A stretch of DNA of 64,000 nt from Eledone cirrhosa (lineage: Eukaryota). The translations under genes were made by a program, and so were the position numbers. The stretch is taken from the NCBI GenBank assembly GCA_964016885.1, contig OZ024740.1, forward strand, positions 326,864,001-326,928,000, in the 5' to 3' direction. Under the pieces are notes generated by a model, which saw only the letters and a list, made by a program, of their open reading frames with translations, was not told the DNA's origin and did not search any database. Below, piece after piece: positions 1 through 14,692 of the stretch (position 1 is the stretch's first letter; each line of letters starts with the position of its first letter).

Positions 1-1125
1 ATGAAAATTAACATGCATGTAGTTAATAGTTCTCTGTGTGTAATTCATTATAGGAAGCCAAAACAACTATTCACGTTTCTAATTGATTGTTTCGACAACG
101 GAATCTCAAAAGACCAAATGCTATTTTTATAAATAGCTATTGGTTTTGATGAGGCACAAAAGCCCCGTATTTTAAAGAAACAATTTGAGATTTTGAAACG
201 GTTATATTTTTTATCCTCGAATGTATTAACAGTTTCTATGAAGAGAAATGCTTTCAAATAGGTATCGAAACTAGTTTGCTATTTCGGTTGGCCAGACTAA
301 GCCATTTGTTCTAATATTCACCGATGTCCTATAAATATTAGTAAACAAGCCATATAAATGTTTAGTACGACACTATATGATATAAACCTTGGCCTTTGTA
401 CTTTTAGTAAGACTTGTGAACTAAAGAAATAAAAGAAAAGTATGTTTGTTTAAGTGATTCATTTTGATTCATATCGAAACAGAGGTCGTTAAGGAATCTT
501 AACGAAGGAGTAACTAGACTTACACACGTTTCCACTCTCGGTTATCAACAAAGCCTTCGAGGCACACCATGTTCTAGGACGGTTGATTACTTTAATTTCA
601 GCGAGTTCTACAAAAGGAATGAAATAATATGAAATGCATTTAGATTTCTTTCTAAATACTTGATCTATTGAAATTTTGTTTAATTTATTACTATTACGTG
701 ACCAAAGACTGGGCATATACATTTGTACATTTGTATCACATGTCAGTCATTATTGTTTGGTTAATTTTGCCCACATTTTCCTTTGTTTAAAGTAAGGCCC
801 CCATATAGTAACACCATTTTTCCTTTTGTTATTTGATGGAATATAAAGAACATACTGCAACTGACGAGTGTCATATGTCACAAAACTCGTTCAGAACTAA
901 CAATCTTCTGCAAATATATCCCGCTGCTAACCATAAAAATTTATAGAAGGTCTAACATAAATTGAATTATGAAAAGGATCTAAATCTAAACCTTTATTAT
1001 TCAGCCATTCGCGACAGAAGCTTCCAAAACAAACAAACACAGATATATATATATACATATATGAGAAACTGCGTTAAAAACAAAACAAAAAGAAAAAAAA
1101 ACGAGATGTCCTACACGGGTGATAG

Positions 1126-1278
1126 TATAAGGAAAAGAAATTGAAAATACAACTGAAGTCTTTTAAGAATATTTATTTATTTACTTTAGCGGTTTCACAG
1201 TTCTAATGCTTTTCAAAAGTAAATAAATAAATATTCTTAAAAGACTCCAGTCACATTTTCAATTTCTTTTCCTTATAT
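1126..1278. repeat. Imperfect fold-back inverted repeat (arms about 60 bp) with a hammerhead motif at its apex
   Basis: tataaggaaaagaaattgaaaa...tttacttt pairs with aaagtaaa...ttttcaatttcttttccttata. The sequence is homologous to the element at 14993-15290. Confidence 0.85.
1183..1220 (-). ncRNA. Minimal hammerhead ribozyme motif, U3-A8 variant, degenerate
   Basis: The minus strand reads ACTT-TTGAAAA-GCA ttagaac TGT-GAAA-CCGC-TA-AAGT. Confidence 0.6.
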
Positions 1279-1401
1279 GAGGTGAGATGTACTGTCTTTA
1301 ATGAGTCGAAACATCAGCGAGCCACAGCAGACAGCAGAAGAGCGGGATCTGTCCTCATGTTTGTGTTTCTCTCACATTTTCTTAACAATATTCATTAGTA
1401 A

Positions 1402-1490
<89 letters not shown>

Positions 1491-1751
1491 TACGATACGT
1501 ATATTCAGGCATATATATATACGGCAATTATAATATACGGATCGGAAAAATCTCTTTCCTAGAGCTATTTTATTATAAGAGACTATTTATTTTGAGTTTC
1601 TAACTCAATATATAGCTTTGATATATATATATATATATATATATATAATAGATTTTTATATATTTCAATTTCTAATTCATTTGTCTATATCTTTTTTTGA
1701 TTTTCTTGATGAGTTTTTCTAAGTATTTACCCATGTTTTATATTGCCTCGT

Positions 1752-1817
1752 CTGACGAACGAATGAAGACGTTTATTTCGTATTCGCCTCATTCGGGAAA
1801 CCTCTGGTAATGAGGTA
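1752..1817 (+). ncRNA. Hammerhead-like motif with weak helix I
   Basis: CTGACGA-aCGAATGA...TCATTCGg-GAAA-CCTC tggtaat GAGG-TA. Confidence 0.5.
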
Positions 1818-1841
1818 ATTATATTGTATTGATTTTTATAC

Positions 1842-1882
<41 letters not shown>

Positions 1883-1943
1883 GATAACAAGTTATCGTTA
1901 TAGGTGATCCAGTTAGAAGTTGTGAGTACTCTGCGTCGTCTGA

Positions 1944-2054
1944 GTACTCTAAAGATTTGGTCAGAGGTGAATAATGTAATGGAGATCGAGTGACGCAACT
2001 TGGAGCGATTAGCGGCCTCTAGACTCACCTGACCAATGAAACAACTGTTAATAC
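1944..2054 (+). ncRNA. Degenerate hammerhead-like motif with long helix II
   Basis: GTACT-CTAAAGA-tTTGGTCagAGGTGA...TCACCTGACCAAt-GAAA-CAACTG-TT-AATAC. The G5 position is mutated to A. Confidence 0.45.
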
Positions 2055-2101
2055 CTGAAATTAAAGCCCCTTGTTGTACAACCAACCATGTTACTCTTCA
2101 T

Positions 2102-2152
<51 letters not shown>

Positions 2153-2191
2153 ATATATATATATATATACGTATATACATACATATTTATA

Positions 2192-2253
<62 letters not shown>

Positions 2254-2359
2254 TATATATACGTACAGACATACACACACACACACACACACATACACAC
2301 AGACAGACAGATAGACAGACAGATAGACAGACAGATAGACAGACACATACACAGACACA

Positions 2360-2440
<81 letters not shown>

Positions 2441-2730
2441 ATATATATATATAACAATGGCTTTTGCTATCAATATCTAAAGTTCTTTGCACAGTGGATA
2501 ATAATATTAGGAAAGAATTGTTGAGACTAAATGATTGTCATTTGTGATTTGTTCAGATGAAACGACAGCAAACGGAAATAGTATAAATAAAATAAAAGCA
2601 TTTTGACTGTTGTTATATTACAGTGACAAAACAGTAAAACGACATGAATTCGTATGGCACCACACTATTACTCTCTTCATTTATTTGAACCACTTTCGTA
2701 TGAAACAGTCAGTATTTAATCTTTAATCTT

Positions 2731-2806
<76 letters not shown>

Positions 2807-2924
2807 CATTCATACATACAAATAATCACTCAAACACTGACGCATACATATATAGATATATAAAAAAACCACATACGCCTCTGTGTAGAGATTGCGATAA
2901 AAGCAGAAACCATTAAAGGAACTG

Positions 2925-2972
<48 letters not shown>

Positions 2973-2978
<6 letters not shown>

Positions 2979-3364
2979 AATGCTGACAAATTGTTCACAG
3001 TTGAAAAATGGTTTAATTAGGAATAAAAGAGTATTAGTGATTGTATGGGTTAGTATTCAGTTGTGGTTTTAAGTTTTTAAGTTTTTACCGGTTGCGCATT
3101 TCTAAATGCTTTTCAAAAATAATTTTGAGATCGAGTGTCCGTGCTGTTTGCTCTGATCTGAGATCTGATCTGAGATCAGATCAGAGCAAACAGCACGGAC
3201 ACTCGATCTCAAAATTATTTTTGAAAAGCATTTAGAAATGCGCAACCGGTAAAAACTTAAAAACTTAAAACCACAACTGAATACTAACCCATACAATCAC
3301 TAATACTCTTTTATTCCTAATTAAACCATTTTTCAACTGTGAACAATTTGTCAGCATTTTCTAT
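2973..3364. repeat. Palindrome (arms about 189 bp, 14-nt spacer) next to (TA)n, with mirrored degenerate hammerheads at 3082-3119(-) and 3218-3255(+)
   Basis: The arms are reverse complements, and the ORF track gives nearly the same peptide on both strands. Motif: TTT-TTGAAAA-GCATTT ag AAATGC-GCAA-CCGG-TA-AAA. Confidence 0.95.
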
Positions 3365-3428
3365 TCCGTTTACCAATATATAATAACTTGTGTGTTACAC
3401 CTCTATTCTTTTAACTATATATATATAT

Positions 3429-3820
3429 ATATTAATAAGAGGAATTCCAACTTTGTCTGATTTACTCGTTTTATTTACAATCCTTTAAAATATATATAAT
3501 GGTATTATAATGAAATAGTATGATAGAATATTAAATTCTAAGTGTTAATTGAACAAGTACTTTCATGCTTTCGCAATCTTCAGGTTCATGATATGTGGTG
3601 ACAGTCGAGTTTGCAATTTTCACAGTTGAAAATTGCAAACTCGACTGTCACCACATATCATGAACCTGAAGATTGCGAAAGCATGAAAGTACTTGTTCAA
3701 TTAACACTTAGAATTTAATATTCTATCATACTATTTCATTATAATACCATTATATATATTTTAAAGGATTGTAAATAAAACGAGTAAATCAGACAAAGTT
3801 GGAATTCCTATTATTAATAT
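3429..3820. repeat. Palindrome (arms about 194 bp, 4-nt loop) next to (TA)n
   Basis: The centre is ttttca-cagt-tgaaaa at 3617-3632. The arms match except for one substitution near the outer end. Confidence 0.95.
3661..3699 (+). ncRNA. Minimal type-I hammerhead ribozyme motif (mirror copy at 3550-3588 on the minus strand)
   Basis: TGAAC-CTGAAGA-tTGC gaaa GCAt-GAAA-GTAC-TT-GTTCA: 5-bp helix I, intact core, self-complementary helix III segment. Confidence 0.8.
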
Positions 3821-3869
3821 AATCTTCTATACACAATCATACACACCCGTGTATATTTACCTATCTATA

Positions 3870-3908
<39 letters not shown>

Positions 3909-3952
3909 ATACTTTGGGAGGGTCATGTTGCCAATAAGAATTCAGAAACGAA

Positions 3953-3976
<24 letters not shown>

Positions 3977-3984
<8 letters not shown>

Positions 3985-4183
3985 TAAAATAACAGATTAA
4001 AGTTAAAGCAAAGAATCGGTGCTTTCACCCTTAAGGGGATTTTCAGAAGATCCCATTAAAGGTGAAAGCAGCGATTCTTTGCTTAAACTTTAATCTGTTA
4101 TTTTAATAAATATTTGCTCTACGGTTCTTATATATTTGATATGTATTTATCCTTATCGAGCCCTCTTTGGATTTTAGTCTTCA
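3977..4183. repeat. Fold-back element: inverted repeat at 3977-4113 plus a one-sided tail; a non-folded copy lies at about 22798-22897 (-)
   Basis: atttattaaaataacagattaaag pairs with ctttaatctgttattttaataaat. A degenerate core CTGAAAA-tCCC cttaa GGGt-GAAA lies on the minus strand near the apex. Confidence 0.8.
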
Positions 4184-4231
4184 CATTTATTATTATTACT
4201 ATATATATATATACATATATATATATACATG

Positions 4232-4342
<111 letters not shown>

Positions 4343-4670
4343 TTTGAGTATATGTTGGTTGTTTAACGGCAGCATACTAAAGTTGACCTGCTAACTGACC
4401 TCTTAACACCACTACCACTACCACAGTGAAGAAGGTCGGCTGTAGTTAAACATTCTGACAAAACAATTATAACAGGCTGACCTGCCTCAGAAGAATTTCT
4501 ATAGATTTTTGACTGAGGAGTGGTCTCACAACTGACCAATGGGATTCGAGCGTCTTCTATGACGCTGAAATTCATTTGTTATAGCTCAGGAGCTGGACAT
4601 ATCGATGTGTATAGACAGAGTAAAAGACACTTCAACAACATGTGTACCTGTCTTTTCCACACCAATTCGG

Positions 4671-4725
4671 ACTGCCTAAAGAGGTCACAGCCAATAATGG
4701 CTGTCACCGAAATATATATAGCAGT
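4671..4725 (+). ncRNA. Hammerhead motif with a G5-to-A change, same family as 31454-31508
   Basis: ACTGC-CTAAAGA-GGTcACAGCCA ataa TGGCTGTcACC-GAAA-TATATA-TA-GCAGT. Confidence 0.7.
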
Positions 4726-4768
4726 AAATCTATAATTTATATTAAACGAAGCCAAATTTTACTTATTT

Positions 4769-4879
<111 letters not shown>

Positions 4880-4892
4880 ATATATATATAAA

Positions 4893-4934
<42 letters not shown>

Positions 4935-4947
4935 ATATATATACATA

Positions 4948-5010
<63 letters not shown>

Positions 5011-5204
5011 TTGAGTCGTTGGGGTAGTCGATTTTATGTATATCAGGATATTATTTAAGGATGAGCGGCAAAATACACCTGGGTAAGCAGAAATTGATCT
5101 CAGATCATAAAATGGATTGGACGCCCGTCAAAACCGAATATCGGAGTGTGACTTTTCCTACACACCATTCTGCTCTACAGAAGCGATTCACGCACACATG
5201 AACA

Positions 5205-5322
<118 letters not shown>

Positions 5323-5377
5323 TGTAAATATATATATACGCATTCATACACATATATATATATATTTATATATTTAC

Positions 5378-5487
<110 letters not shown>

Positions 5488-5490
5488 TTG

Positions 5491-5522
<32 letters not shown>

Positions 5523-5929
5523 ATATACATATATGCGTGAGTGTGGAGGTGTATGCATGTCTTTAAGTATGAATGCGTTGCTGTGCGCTCATAGACTTGT
5601 GATATTCTTGTAATTTTGAGAGACCCTTTGACGGTGTACTGCGCAAAGTTCCAGTAGTAAAAACAAAATCTCAACATTGAGAGATGAAGCTGCTACACCA
5701 ACCGGTCATCATTAACTACCTAATAACCTCACCGAAAACATGTATTTTAGTTACAATTCAATGGTAATATTAGGGGTTAAAGCACCTAACACACCAACAA
5801 CAAGCTGGAAGCTGAGAATATATGTATATATGTGAAACACACATACGTGTATTCGAACCGACAACTAGGTCGTTTCAAATCGGACACCTTAATCACACAG
5901 ATGCGACTATATATATGTGTGTGTATATA

Positions 5930-6223
<294 letters not shown>

Positions 6224-7275
6224 AGTACATATATGTGTGTGTCTATACATACATATATGTATGTATGTGTATGTGTGTTTATGTATGTGTATGCGAGAGT
6301 ATGTTTATCGTTCAATTTTCATATTTATCTTTGTATGGACGAAAGCATTAAAAAGGAATGCCAACCTTTGTGTTGGACTCACTGAGTGTATATCTGTGCT
6401 CCTTTAACTGTAGAAACATTTACAGTATCATTTAGAGCAGATATCAGGTAATATAATGTTATTATATGCTTATACATAGGGCGCAAAAATAGCCTTTCCT
6501 TGACATAACAATTTTTCATAAAACATCACTCTGCGCCTTATTATCTTTTTTCAAAGCGAAAACGACATCTCTCCAAATTATTTAACATAAAAAGGTATTC
6601 TGCATATTACTAACACAATATATTTTCCACCTGTATAGGTTTGTCTCTTCCATAAAAGTCCTATCTTACATTTAAGAAGAATACGCACACATTGATGCCT
6701 TGCATAAGTATTTATTCTGTACTGGCAGTTAGCAAAGAAAAGAACTCAACTCCAGTTAGCTATATGTTCAAATTTCCGTCTGGTAAGTTAATATTTTGGA
6801 GAGAAAACGATATTCAATCATTTTGGACATTTTGGTGAATGCGGACATTTTTTTGTATGACGAATAACGACAAATCCCCAGGTATACGTCAAATCATCAT
6901 TTAAGTTTTGGCCATTGGTTTCATGTCATAAAGTAGAACATATATATATATATATATATTGCAGATTCCTCTGGAGAGGATGTTGGTATATAGCAGGCAG
7001 CATTACCATTTGAATCTGGTACTTAGACGCGACAGCTAGATGAACTGAATCAAGGCAGAAAGAACATGTTCTGATGACAAACACAAGGAATCTTCTGATC
7101 ATGTGTTATGAGTTCATTATCTTATACACTCAACCATCACGTCTCTGAACTAAAGGATTGAAGAGACAATTGAATACTGCATGATATGTGTATACAATAA
7201 ACAAAAACAGTCTACATAGATTTTCATATATATGCACACATACGCTCATACATACACGCACTGGAACGTACACAC

Positions 7276-7318
<43 letters not shown>

Positions 7319-7455
7319 ATCACAAGATAAATCTGCTGGTAATAGGGATATATTGATCTTTTCAACCCCAGAGTAAACTCCAAGCAAAGTATTAAGTAGT
7401 GTAGTCGTAGTGTGTTTGTCACCATGTTTGTATACTTACCTACAAACATACTACA

Positions 7456-7634
<179 letters not shown>

Positions 7635-7648
7635 ACATACATATATAT

Positions 7649-7743
<95 letters not shown>

Positions 7744-7765
7744 CATATACATACACACTGACACG

Positions 7766-7838
<73 letters not shown>

Positions 7839-8356
7839 ATATATATATATATGTATACACATATATATATATGTATGTTTAATATATATAAGCATATGCA
7901 TATATATATACATATACTATTTAAAATATCATCAAACTAAAAACAAACAAGAAGTATATTCGAAGGAACGATCAATGGAGGCATATCAATTAAGCACCAT
8001 TTGATTACCAAGCCGCATAAAAATGCAAACTAGAGGATAGCGATTAAATTCTTTGTAACAGTACCGCTTCTATGAAACCTCCAGATAAATGTTATACACA
8101 GTAGAACAGTTCATTTACAATCTTTCCTTTTTCATTTTTCGGCAAGAAGCGAAAATTTGCGACATTATCAAGTAAATCTGGCCAAAACAGCTCAGTAGAA
8201 AACGGAAGTACTTCCGTTGAATTTCCAATTCATTTCTGTTTCTAACGTTTGGTTTCTCGTCTTTTTCATAAATTTTACTCCACCATTTTCTCAATGTTTC
8301 AACGCCTATTGTTTAGTCTGTTATATTTGTGTGTCTGTGTGAATGTGCACATAAGA

Positions 8357-8449
<93 letters not shown>

Positions 8450-8664
8450 TATTGTATATGTATATAATTCTAAAAGAATACTACAAATACAATTGTAGAA
8501 TTGCACATACGTATATTTATACAGAAAGTAATTAAAATCCTGTCTAGATGATATATTCATCTATAACTGAATATATTTTCGCGATAATCTATAACGAAGA
8601 ATTAAAAAAAAATGTATTGTAACCATGTAAGGCAAAAATAAAATGCACACACACACACGCACAC

Positions 8665-8801
<137 letters not shown>

Positions 8802-8992
8802 ACACACACGCGCACACACACACACACACTCACACACACAAACACACACACACACACACATGCACACACTCAGTTTGAATTTAAGTAGCTTACATTATAT
8901 AATGTAATTATATATATATATATAAATAAATATATACACATTTATATATATATATACATATATATAATATATCTATATACAAATATATCCCT

Positions 8993-9058
<66 letters not shown>

Positions 9059-9646
9059 GAATGAATATATTTGTATATATAAAATATTATATTTACGTGC
9101 ATGCGTGTATGTGTGTGTGTGCATGTATGTGCATTTGTGTGTGTATGTATGTGTATTTTCGCGTGTGTGAGTGTATTTGTGTGTATCTATGTGTATGTAT
9201 CTTTAGTTTTCTGTGCGTCCGACGTGAGTATATAGACAGCTAGACAATAGATCGGGAAAAATTAGTAAATAGATAATTCCATTGGTGGATAGGTGAATTG
9301 AAATAATATGCAAGAAATAGCGAAACTGTAGCTTATAGAGGAACTTAATTGTTTCAATATATATCGTATCTCATTTAAGATCGACTTTATATCATATGAG
9401 ATATCGTATAGTTTGAATCACTTACGTTCTTGTAATGTCATACTTCTTCAATAAATGGACACACATTCATACACACACAGACATACTCTGACGCGCATGC
9501 ACACACACATTCACACACGTACACATATAAGATTGAGATAGATAGATAGATAAAGAAAGAGAGAGCGAGATAAAGAGTGAAAGAGAGAGAGTGAAAGAAA
9601 GAGAGAGAGAGAGAACGAGAGAGAGAGAGAGAGAAAGAGATAGAAA

Positions 9647-9702
<56 letters not shown>

Positions 9703-10424
9703 AAGAGAAATAGAGAGAGAAAGAGAAAGAGAGAAAGAGAGAAAGAAAGATAGAAAGAGAGAGAGAGATTGAGAGAAAGAGTAAAGGAGATATATAGGTA
9801 GATATATTAAATAGAGAGGCTGGAAGGTAAGATAATATCAGCTGTGGAAGAAAAACAACCAAAAAAATAAACGTGTTAGCACATCGGAAAATACGAATAA
9901 GTGTTCAACAAGATTTCTCTTACTGAAGAAATAACATTTTAAAAAATTGGTCAGTTAAATAGAAATCATAAACTAGATCGCATCATGCATCATATTTGTG
10001 TTGATTGTGTCTTTTGTTTCATTGTATTTTGTTATTTGGAGTTTGGTGTGACAAATGCTGACTTAGATTATTTATAATTGTCATTAATATGGTGGTAATT
10101 ATGATCACCATTATCATAATTACGTTTATTATTACTCGTATTATTTTCTGAAACAATGTTTGTTGTTAAGTAATATTAATTAATAAACAAGAAATATAAA
10201 AATGAGCGTTTGCAGCTAACGCCGTTTAACAGTGGAATATCAATCCACGTAAATAAATAACAGATAATACATGTAAAAATTTAAAAGAAATTGTAATATG
10301 AAAAGAAAAAAAAATGCTAGAAATTACTTCAATTCAATATTATAATTTGAAGCAGATCTAATAATCATAATATCAACATTTTCCTAATGACAGTGTATTA
10401 AAGTTTTATTTTTATTTTCTGTAT

Positions 10425-11879
10425 TCAGGATTTATTAATTTGTAATTGCTTGTTCACACCCATAACATGTACTTCAAGAGAAGATAATCGTGTCTGTATC
10501 ACTTTCTGTTCATCCTTGATAGATTTCACTAAATTATAGATTTCATTGACACTGTTGGCCACCTCAATAATGCCGACTGTATTTTCTCTTACCATGCTGC
10601 TAACTTCTTTGGCACTTCGCATGATCGCTGTGGCGTCAATTAGTTTCCGCCTATGGTGCATAATCTGTGCGTTGGATTCTGGCAAGCCCGCTCTTTTCAA
10701 CCGCCATATCATGAGTGCTTGCTTCAATACGTCTGAGGCTGCGTTTTTATGTCGTTGATCGAGGCGCATGCGCCGTAGAAATGTGTGTACATATTTTTCC
10801 GGTCGAGTTTGTTCTAATTTTCGTGCCAGGACGGCAACGCAAAGGGCTGTGATACCTACACCCATGAGCCCGGTCCATATTGCAATGAACCGACCACAGC
10901 GACTGCTCGGCGTTAAGTCACCGTAACCCAATGTGAGGAAAGTGACAGCTGTCAACCACATCGCCTGAGATATAGTATGTGTATCACTGCCGGGCGCTGA
11001 ATGTGTTTCGCATGCACGCATTGTCCATGAACCAATCAAAAAAACACTGACCATTATAATGCCCAGCACGCCACCTGGACAGGTGGACATGAGGGCTCGA
11101 AATACAAACTGTGCATTTATATTGACTCTGCTAAGAGTTCCTAAACTTTGCACAGCACTATCAATTAACACGTTACTATGAACTACCATGAAGCGAGCAA
11201 TTAAATAGAGTCTCATGAACATCAGGATGGACAGGACGGCTGCCAGTGGATCTTCAACAATGTGAGATGCTCTAGTAGCTTTCTCAGGAGCCTTCAACTC
11301 CAACGTACCGATATGAATAGGTAGCGGATGTACACAACATATTAATATTTCAATAAGGAGTTTTAACAGGAATCCCTTGCTGATGGCAAGTCTCCACGAA
11401 CGAAGTCCTAGTTCGACCATGCGCAGCTGCATGTCCACCATGTAGTACATGCAGACAACGAAAAGTAGGACTACAGTACTAATGGATACCATCAGTTTTA
11501 ACCACTGAGAAGGTAAAGAGTCAATAGTGTAATAGCTCTGGAAGTACAGCTCAGTGTCGACCACCATGATCAGAATACCTATCAGAGCCAGACCAACCTC
11601 CAAGTCAACAATCCAACGTTTCTTTTCTATTAATAATTTTCTTTCTCGAAGTCGAAACCCGAGGTTGGCAAAAGTTTTCCCACCTGCACCCATGGCGCTA
11701 CGTCCGCCAGCGCAATGAGCCAATGAGTTATCGCTATTAGTTGGTAAGGTATCAGATGGCGAATCCAACTCATCGTCTAGTGTTGTGGTGTTTATGGCTC
11801 GGATATCCATTGGATGATCGTCAGTGTAGCGCGGATATTCCTCTTCACATTTGACAAGTGGTGATGTCATGTCTTCCAT
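10425..11879 (-). CDS. KCNN: Small-conductance calcium-activated potassium channel (SK/KCNN family), about 484 aa, apparently in a single coding exon
   Basis: The ORF has SK hallmarks: N-terminal 'LGFRLRERKLLIEKKRWIVD', S3 'ICCVHPLP', S4 'MFMRLYLIARFMVVHS', pore 'WLTAVTFLTLGYGD', S6 'GLMGVGITALCVAVLARKLE', a CaM-binding-like region 'EKYVHTF...KNAASDVLK' and a C-terminal coiled coil. The first in-frame ATG is at 11879 (ccaagATGg). Confidence 0.93.
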   Translation of the reverse strand: MEDMTSPLVKCEEEYPRYTDDHPMDIRAINTTTLDDELDSPSDTLPTNSDNSLAHCAGGRSAMGAGGKTFANLGFRLRERKLLIEKKRWIVDLEVGLALIGILIMVVDTELYFQSYYTIDSLPSQWLKLMVSISTVVLLFVVCMYYMVDMQLRMVELGLRSWRLAISKGFLLKLLIEILICCVHPLPIHIGTLELKAPEKATRASHIVEDPLAAVLSILMFMRLYLIARFMVVHSNVLIDSAVQSLGTLSRVNINAQFVFRALMSTCPGGVLGIIMVSVFLIGSWTMRACETHSAPGSDTHTISQAMWLTAVTFLTLGYGDLTPSSRCGRFIAIWTGLMGVGITALCVAVLARKLEQTRPEKYVHTFLRRMRLDQRHKNAASDVLKQALMIWRLKRAGLPESNAQIMHHRRKLIDATAIMRSAKEVSSMVRENTVGIIEVANSVNEIYNLVKSIKDEQKVIQTRLSSLEVHVMGVNKQLQINKS

Positions 11880-11903
11880 CTTGGTGCAGCCTTGATTCCA
11901 CAC

Positions 11904-11925
11904 CTATAAGACAAAAAGAAAAATA
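11904..11925 (-). promoter_or_regulatory. 3' splice acceptor of the SK exon (polypyrimidine tract followed by TAG)
   Basis: The minus strand reads tttttctttttgtcttatag|GTGTGGAATC. The exon would begin at 11903, 24 nt before the ATG. Confidence 0.7.
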
Positions 11926-13148
11926 TATAATTAAAGAGATATACACTCCATAGTCTGGTCAAATACAGGTTTCGTTTTGTTACTTTTTAATAATCACAGT
12001 AAGCCTTAGCTTTTTTTTTTAAGCAAAAAATAGAGAATATGTGTCATTCATTCAGTGCCCTAGTTAGAACCGGCCGAGAGTATTTCATATCTCGATCGAA
12101 CTCAATCCACATCACTTAAAGCCACTAACACCTACCAGAAATATATGAGTGTCACGCAATCTCATTTCGCTTCCGTATAAATATTTCTTGTGTTGGTATA
12201 AGTTAGCAAACCCAAGTGAAATGTTAATAAAATATCATATAAAAAGGTTTTATAATCGTGTGAGAATGCTTAGCAGAGAATGTATAAGACATTTTATGGC
12301 ACATTACACAAGGTATAGAATTATATTATGTAAAACACAGCTTTTTAAATTTGAAACATGATATTTTGTTTTGTACAAAAGATATTATGTTTTGTAAAAA
12401 GGTACGTGCCTCTTTGCATGCTTGCATTTAATATCTTATTGATTTTTATATTCTTATTCAGAGCCATTTATAGTTTGGATTTTCGTCACGTCTGCATGAA
12501 GTACGCACAAAACATGCAAATATATTGTATACCTAAAACATTTAAAATATTAGCTTTCAGAATCTTCAATATAATGTTGATATTTAAAGCATCAATATAA
12601 ATCTCTACACAGATACGTGCAAATGTGTGCACACCATACATGCACTATAAACAAACGCCACACAGAATCACATTTTTTTTTTATCTACTCTCCCCCACAT
12701 ACACACACTCTCACAATATTTATAAAAACAAACAAATATTAACTATGCTTAAAAGATGAACACTCAGTGCTGAAATTAGTTATATGTAGTAACTGGACAT
12801 GAGTAAACATAAATAAATAGATAAATAGATAAATATATAGATAGATAAATAAAAAAAAAAAAAAAAAAAAATACAGGTTTAGCATTGTAAATCTAAAACT
12901 ATAAACCTGTTAGCATAGTTTATTGTGTCAAATATCTAAACGAGTTTACTATGAAATATCTGACACGATTTATCTCCTTGGATATGATGCTATTGGTTAT
13001 ACTATTAAGTTAAAGGGTCCTTAACTCCTGATGGAGTTGTAGGGACGCCGTCCTGGCACATGCCTCATTTTAAATTTGGTGGAGTCCACGCTCTTCAGCA
13101 GAGAGAGAGAGAGAGAGAGAGAGAGTGAGAGAGTGGAGGGAAAGAAAT

Positions 13149-13179
<31 letters not shown>

Positions 13180-13189
13180 GGAAGAGTCA

Positions 13190-13343
13190 ACTCAAATACT
13201 AAATTGGTACTTTATTTAAAGACCTTGAAAAGATGAAAGGCAAAGTTGAACCTAGTGAGATTTGAACTCCGAGCACAGTGAGGTGGAACAAATACCGAGA
13301 CATTTTTACCCCAACGCCCTAACTATTCTGCTAGTTCGCTACC
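13190..13343 (-). mobile_element. Degenerate tRNA-derived SINE of the main family in this window
   Basis: gatgaaaggcaaagttgaacctagtgagatttgaactcc resembles the many better-preserved copies. Confidence 0.6.
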
Positions 13344-14355
13344 ATATACTGTATCAAATATATATTTACCGTATGATTTCTTCTGCTATGCTATCAGGTA
13401 TTTTATTATAAACTAAGAGGCTACAGTTTACTATTGCCCATTAGAGTTCTGCCACATACAGCTATCGACGGTGGAGACACCGTCTTCCTCCATCCACAAA
13501 TGAAATTTTCAATAGCACAGAGAAATTATACGGAAAAGCATTACATTAATAGTTGTTACACTGATATAGTTTGTTTGAAATATACTGCGATAGTAACAAG
13601 CATCACATAAGTTTAATATATATTATTTGATTACAAAGATGAACAACGTGGCATCATAAGTAAAATTGCCAAAAGGTCTGCAGCCTATCATCAAAAGAAT
13701 ATATATAACCTCGATCAATGAATCAAATATGAAGAACAAAGTCTATGTATTAAGAAATATTACGGAAAAATCTACTGTGAATGTTACTTAATTTCATAAG
13801 AGATTCAGGTGCTGATATTAAAGTAGAAAAAGGTTAGGGCTAAATCAAAGTAACAACTGAAGTAAATAAGATAACGAATTGATTTCAGGCTTAATATTAA
13901 AGAATATATAAATTCAAAGAAATGATTGACAGCCTTATCTTTTCTACGAAGATTTTCTGCGTCGAAGTTGAATATTAGCAATTTACATGCATATGAATGC
14001 TTAAAGTTGAGGTGACATAAATAAAGATATAATTTGAATCCTGAAATTATATACAAAATAATAAATTTTGAAGGTGGTAGAGAGACAGTTTTATTGTAAT
14101 ATTCAATCTTTTCTAAGGTTTATTAGGGGCGTTAGAAAAGTGGAAACAATTGCGAGCATTGGCTATTCACAAAGAATTAAGTTCAATGAAAAGAAGTAAC
14201 AGTCAGTACCGAAAAAGTAAACCAAGTGAAAAAAAAAAGTTAATAAAAATTCGTACACAGTATGTTATATCATTCGTTTAACGGTACCTATTTTTCTTTC
14301 AAGTCTGGTATGGTATTGATCTCTTTCTTTTTGTCGAACCGCTACGTTGCAAGAT

Positions 14356-14413
<58 letters not shown>

Positions 14414-14431
14414 ACGCACGCACGCACACAC

Positions 14432-14590
<159 letters not shown>

Positions 14591-14692
14591 TCAGGTTATC
14601 AATAATGTAGTGATAATATATCGTTACGTTAGAGATGAACAGCGTACGTGTAGGTTTGCTCAACGAGTATAAATTATATTCCGGAGAAAATG

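Noticed and set aside
861-894. CTGACGA-GTG...CAC-AAAA-CTCG-TT hammerhead-like string, and possible decayed PLE coding sequence at 1-850
   Set aside because: GAAA is mutated, helix I is unconvincing, and I could not recover clear RT or endonuclease motifs.
3041-3296. Nearly identical 64-aa ORFs on both strands (also 14906-15352 and 15039-15221)
   Set aside because: A by-product of the DNA palindromes, with no protein-family features.
2973-3820. Idea that all palindromes are library or assembly fold-back artefacts
   Set aside because: Not excluded for the near-perfect ones. However, others (1126-1278, 19066-19230, 21471-21631) have diverged arms, and all share hammerhead content and orientation, which artefacts would not produce.
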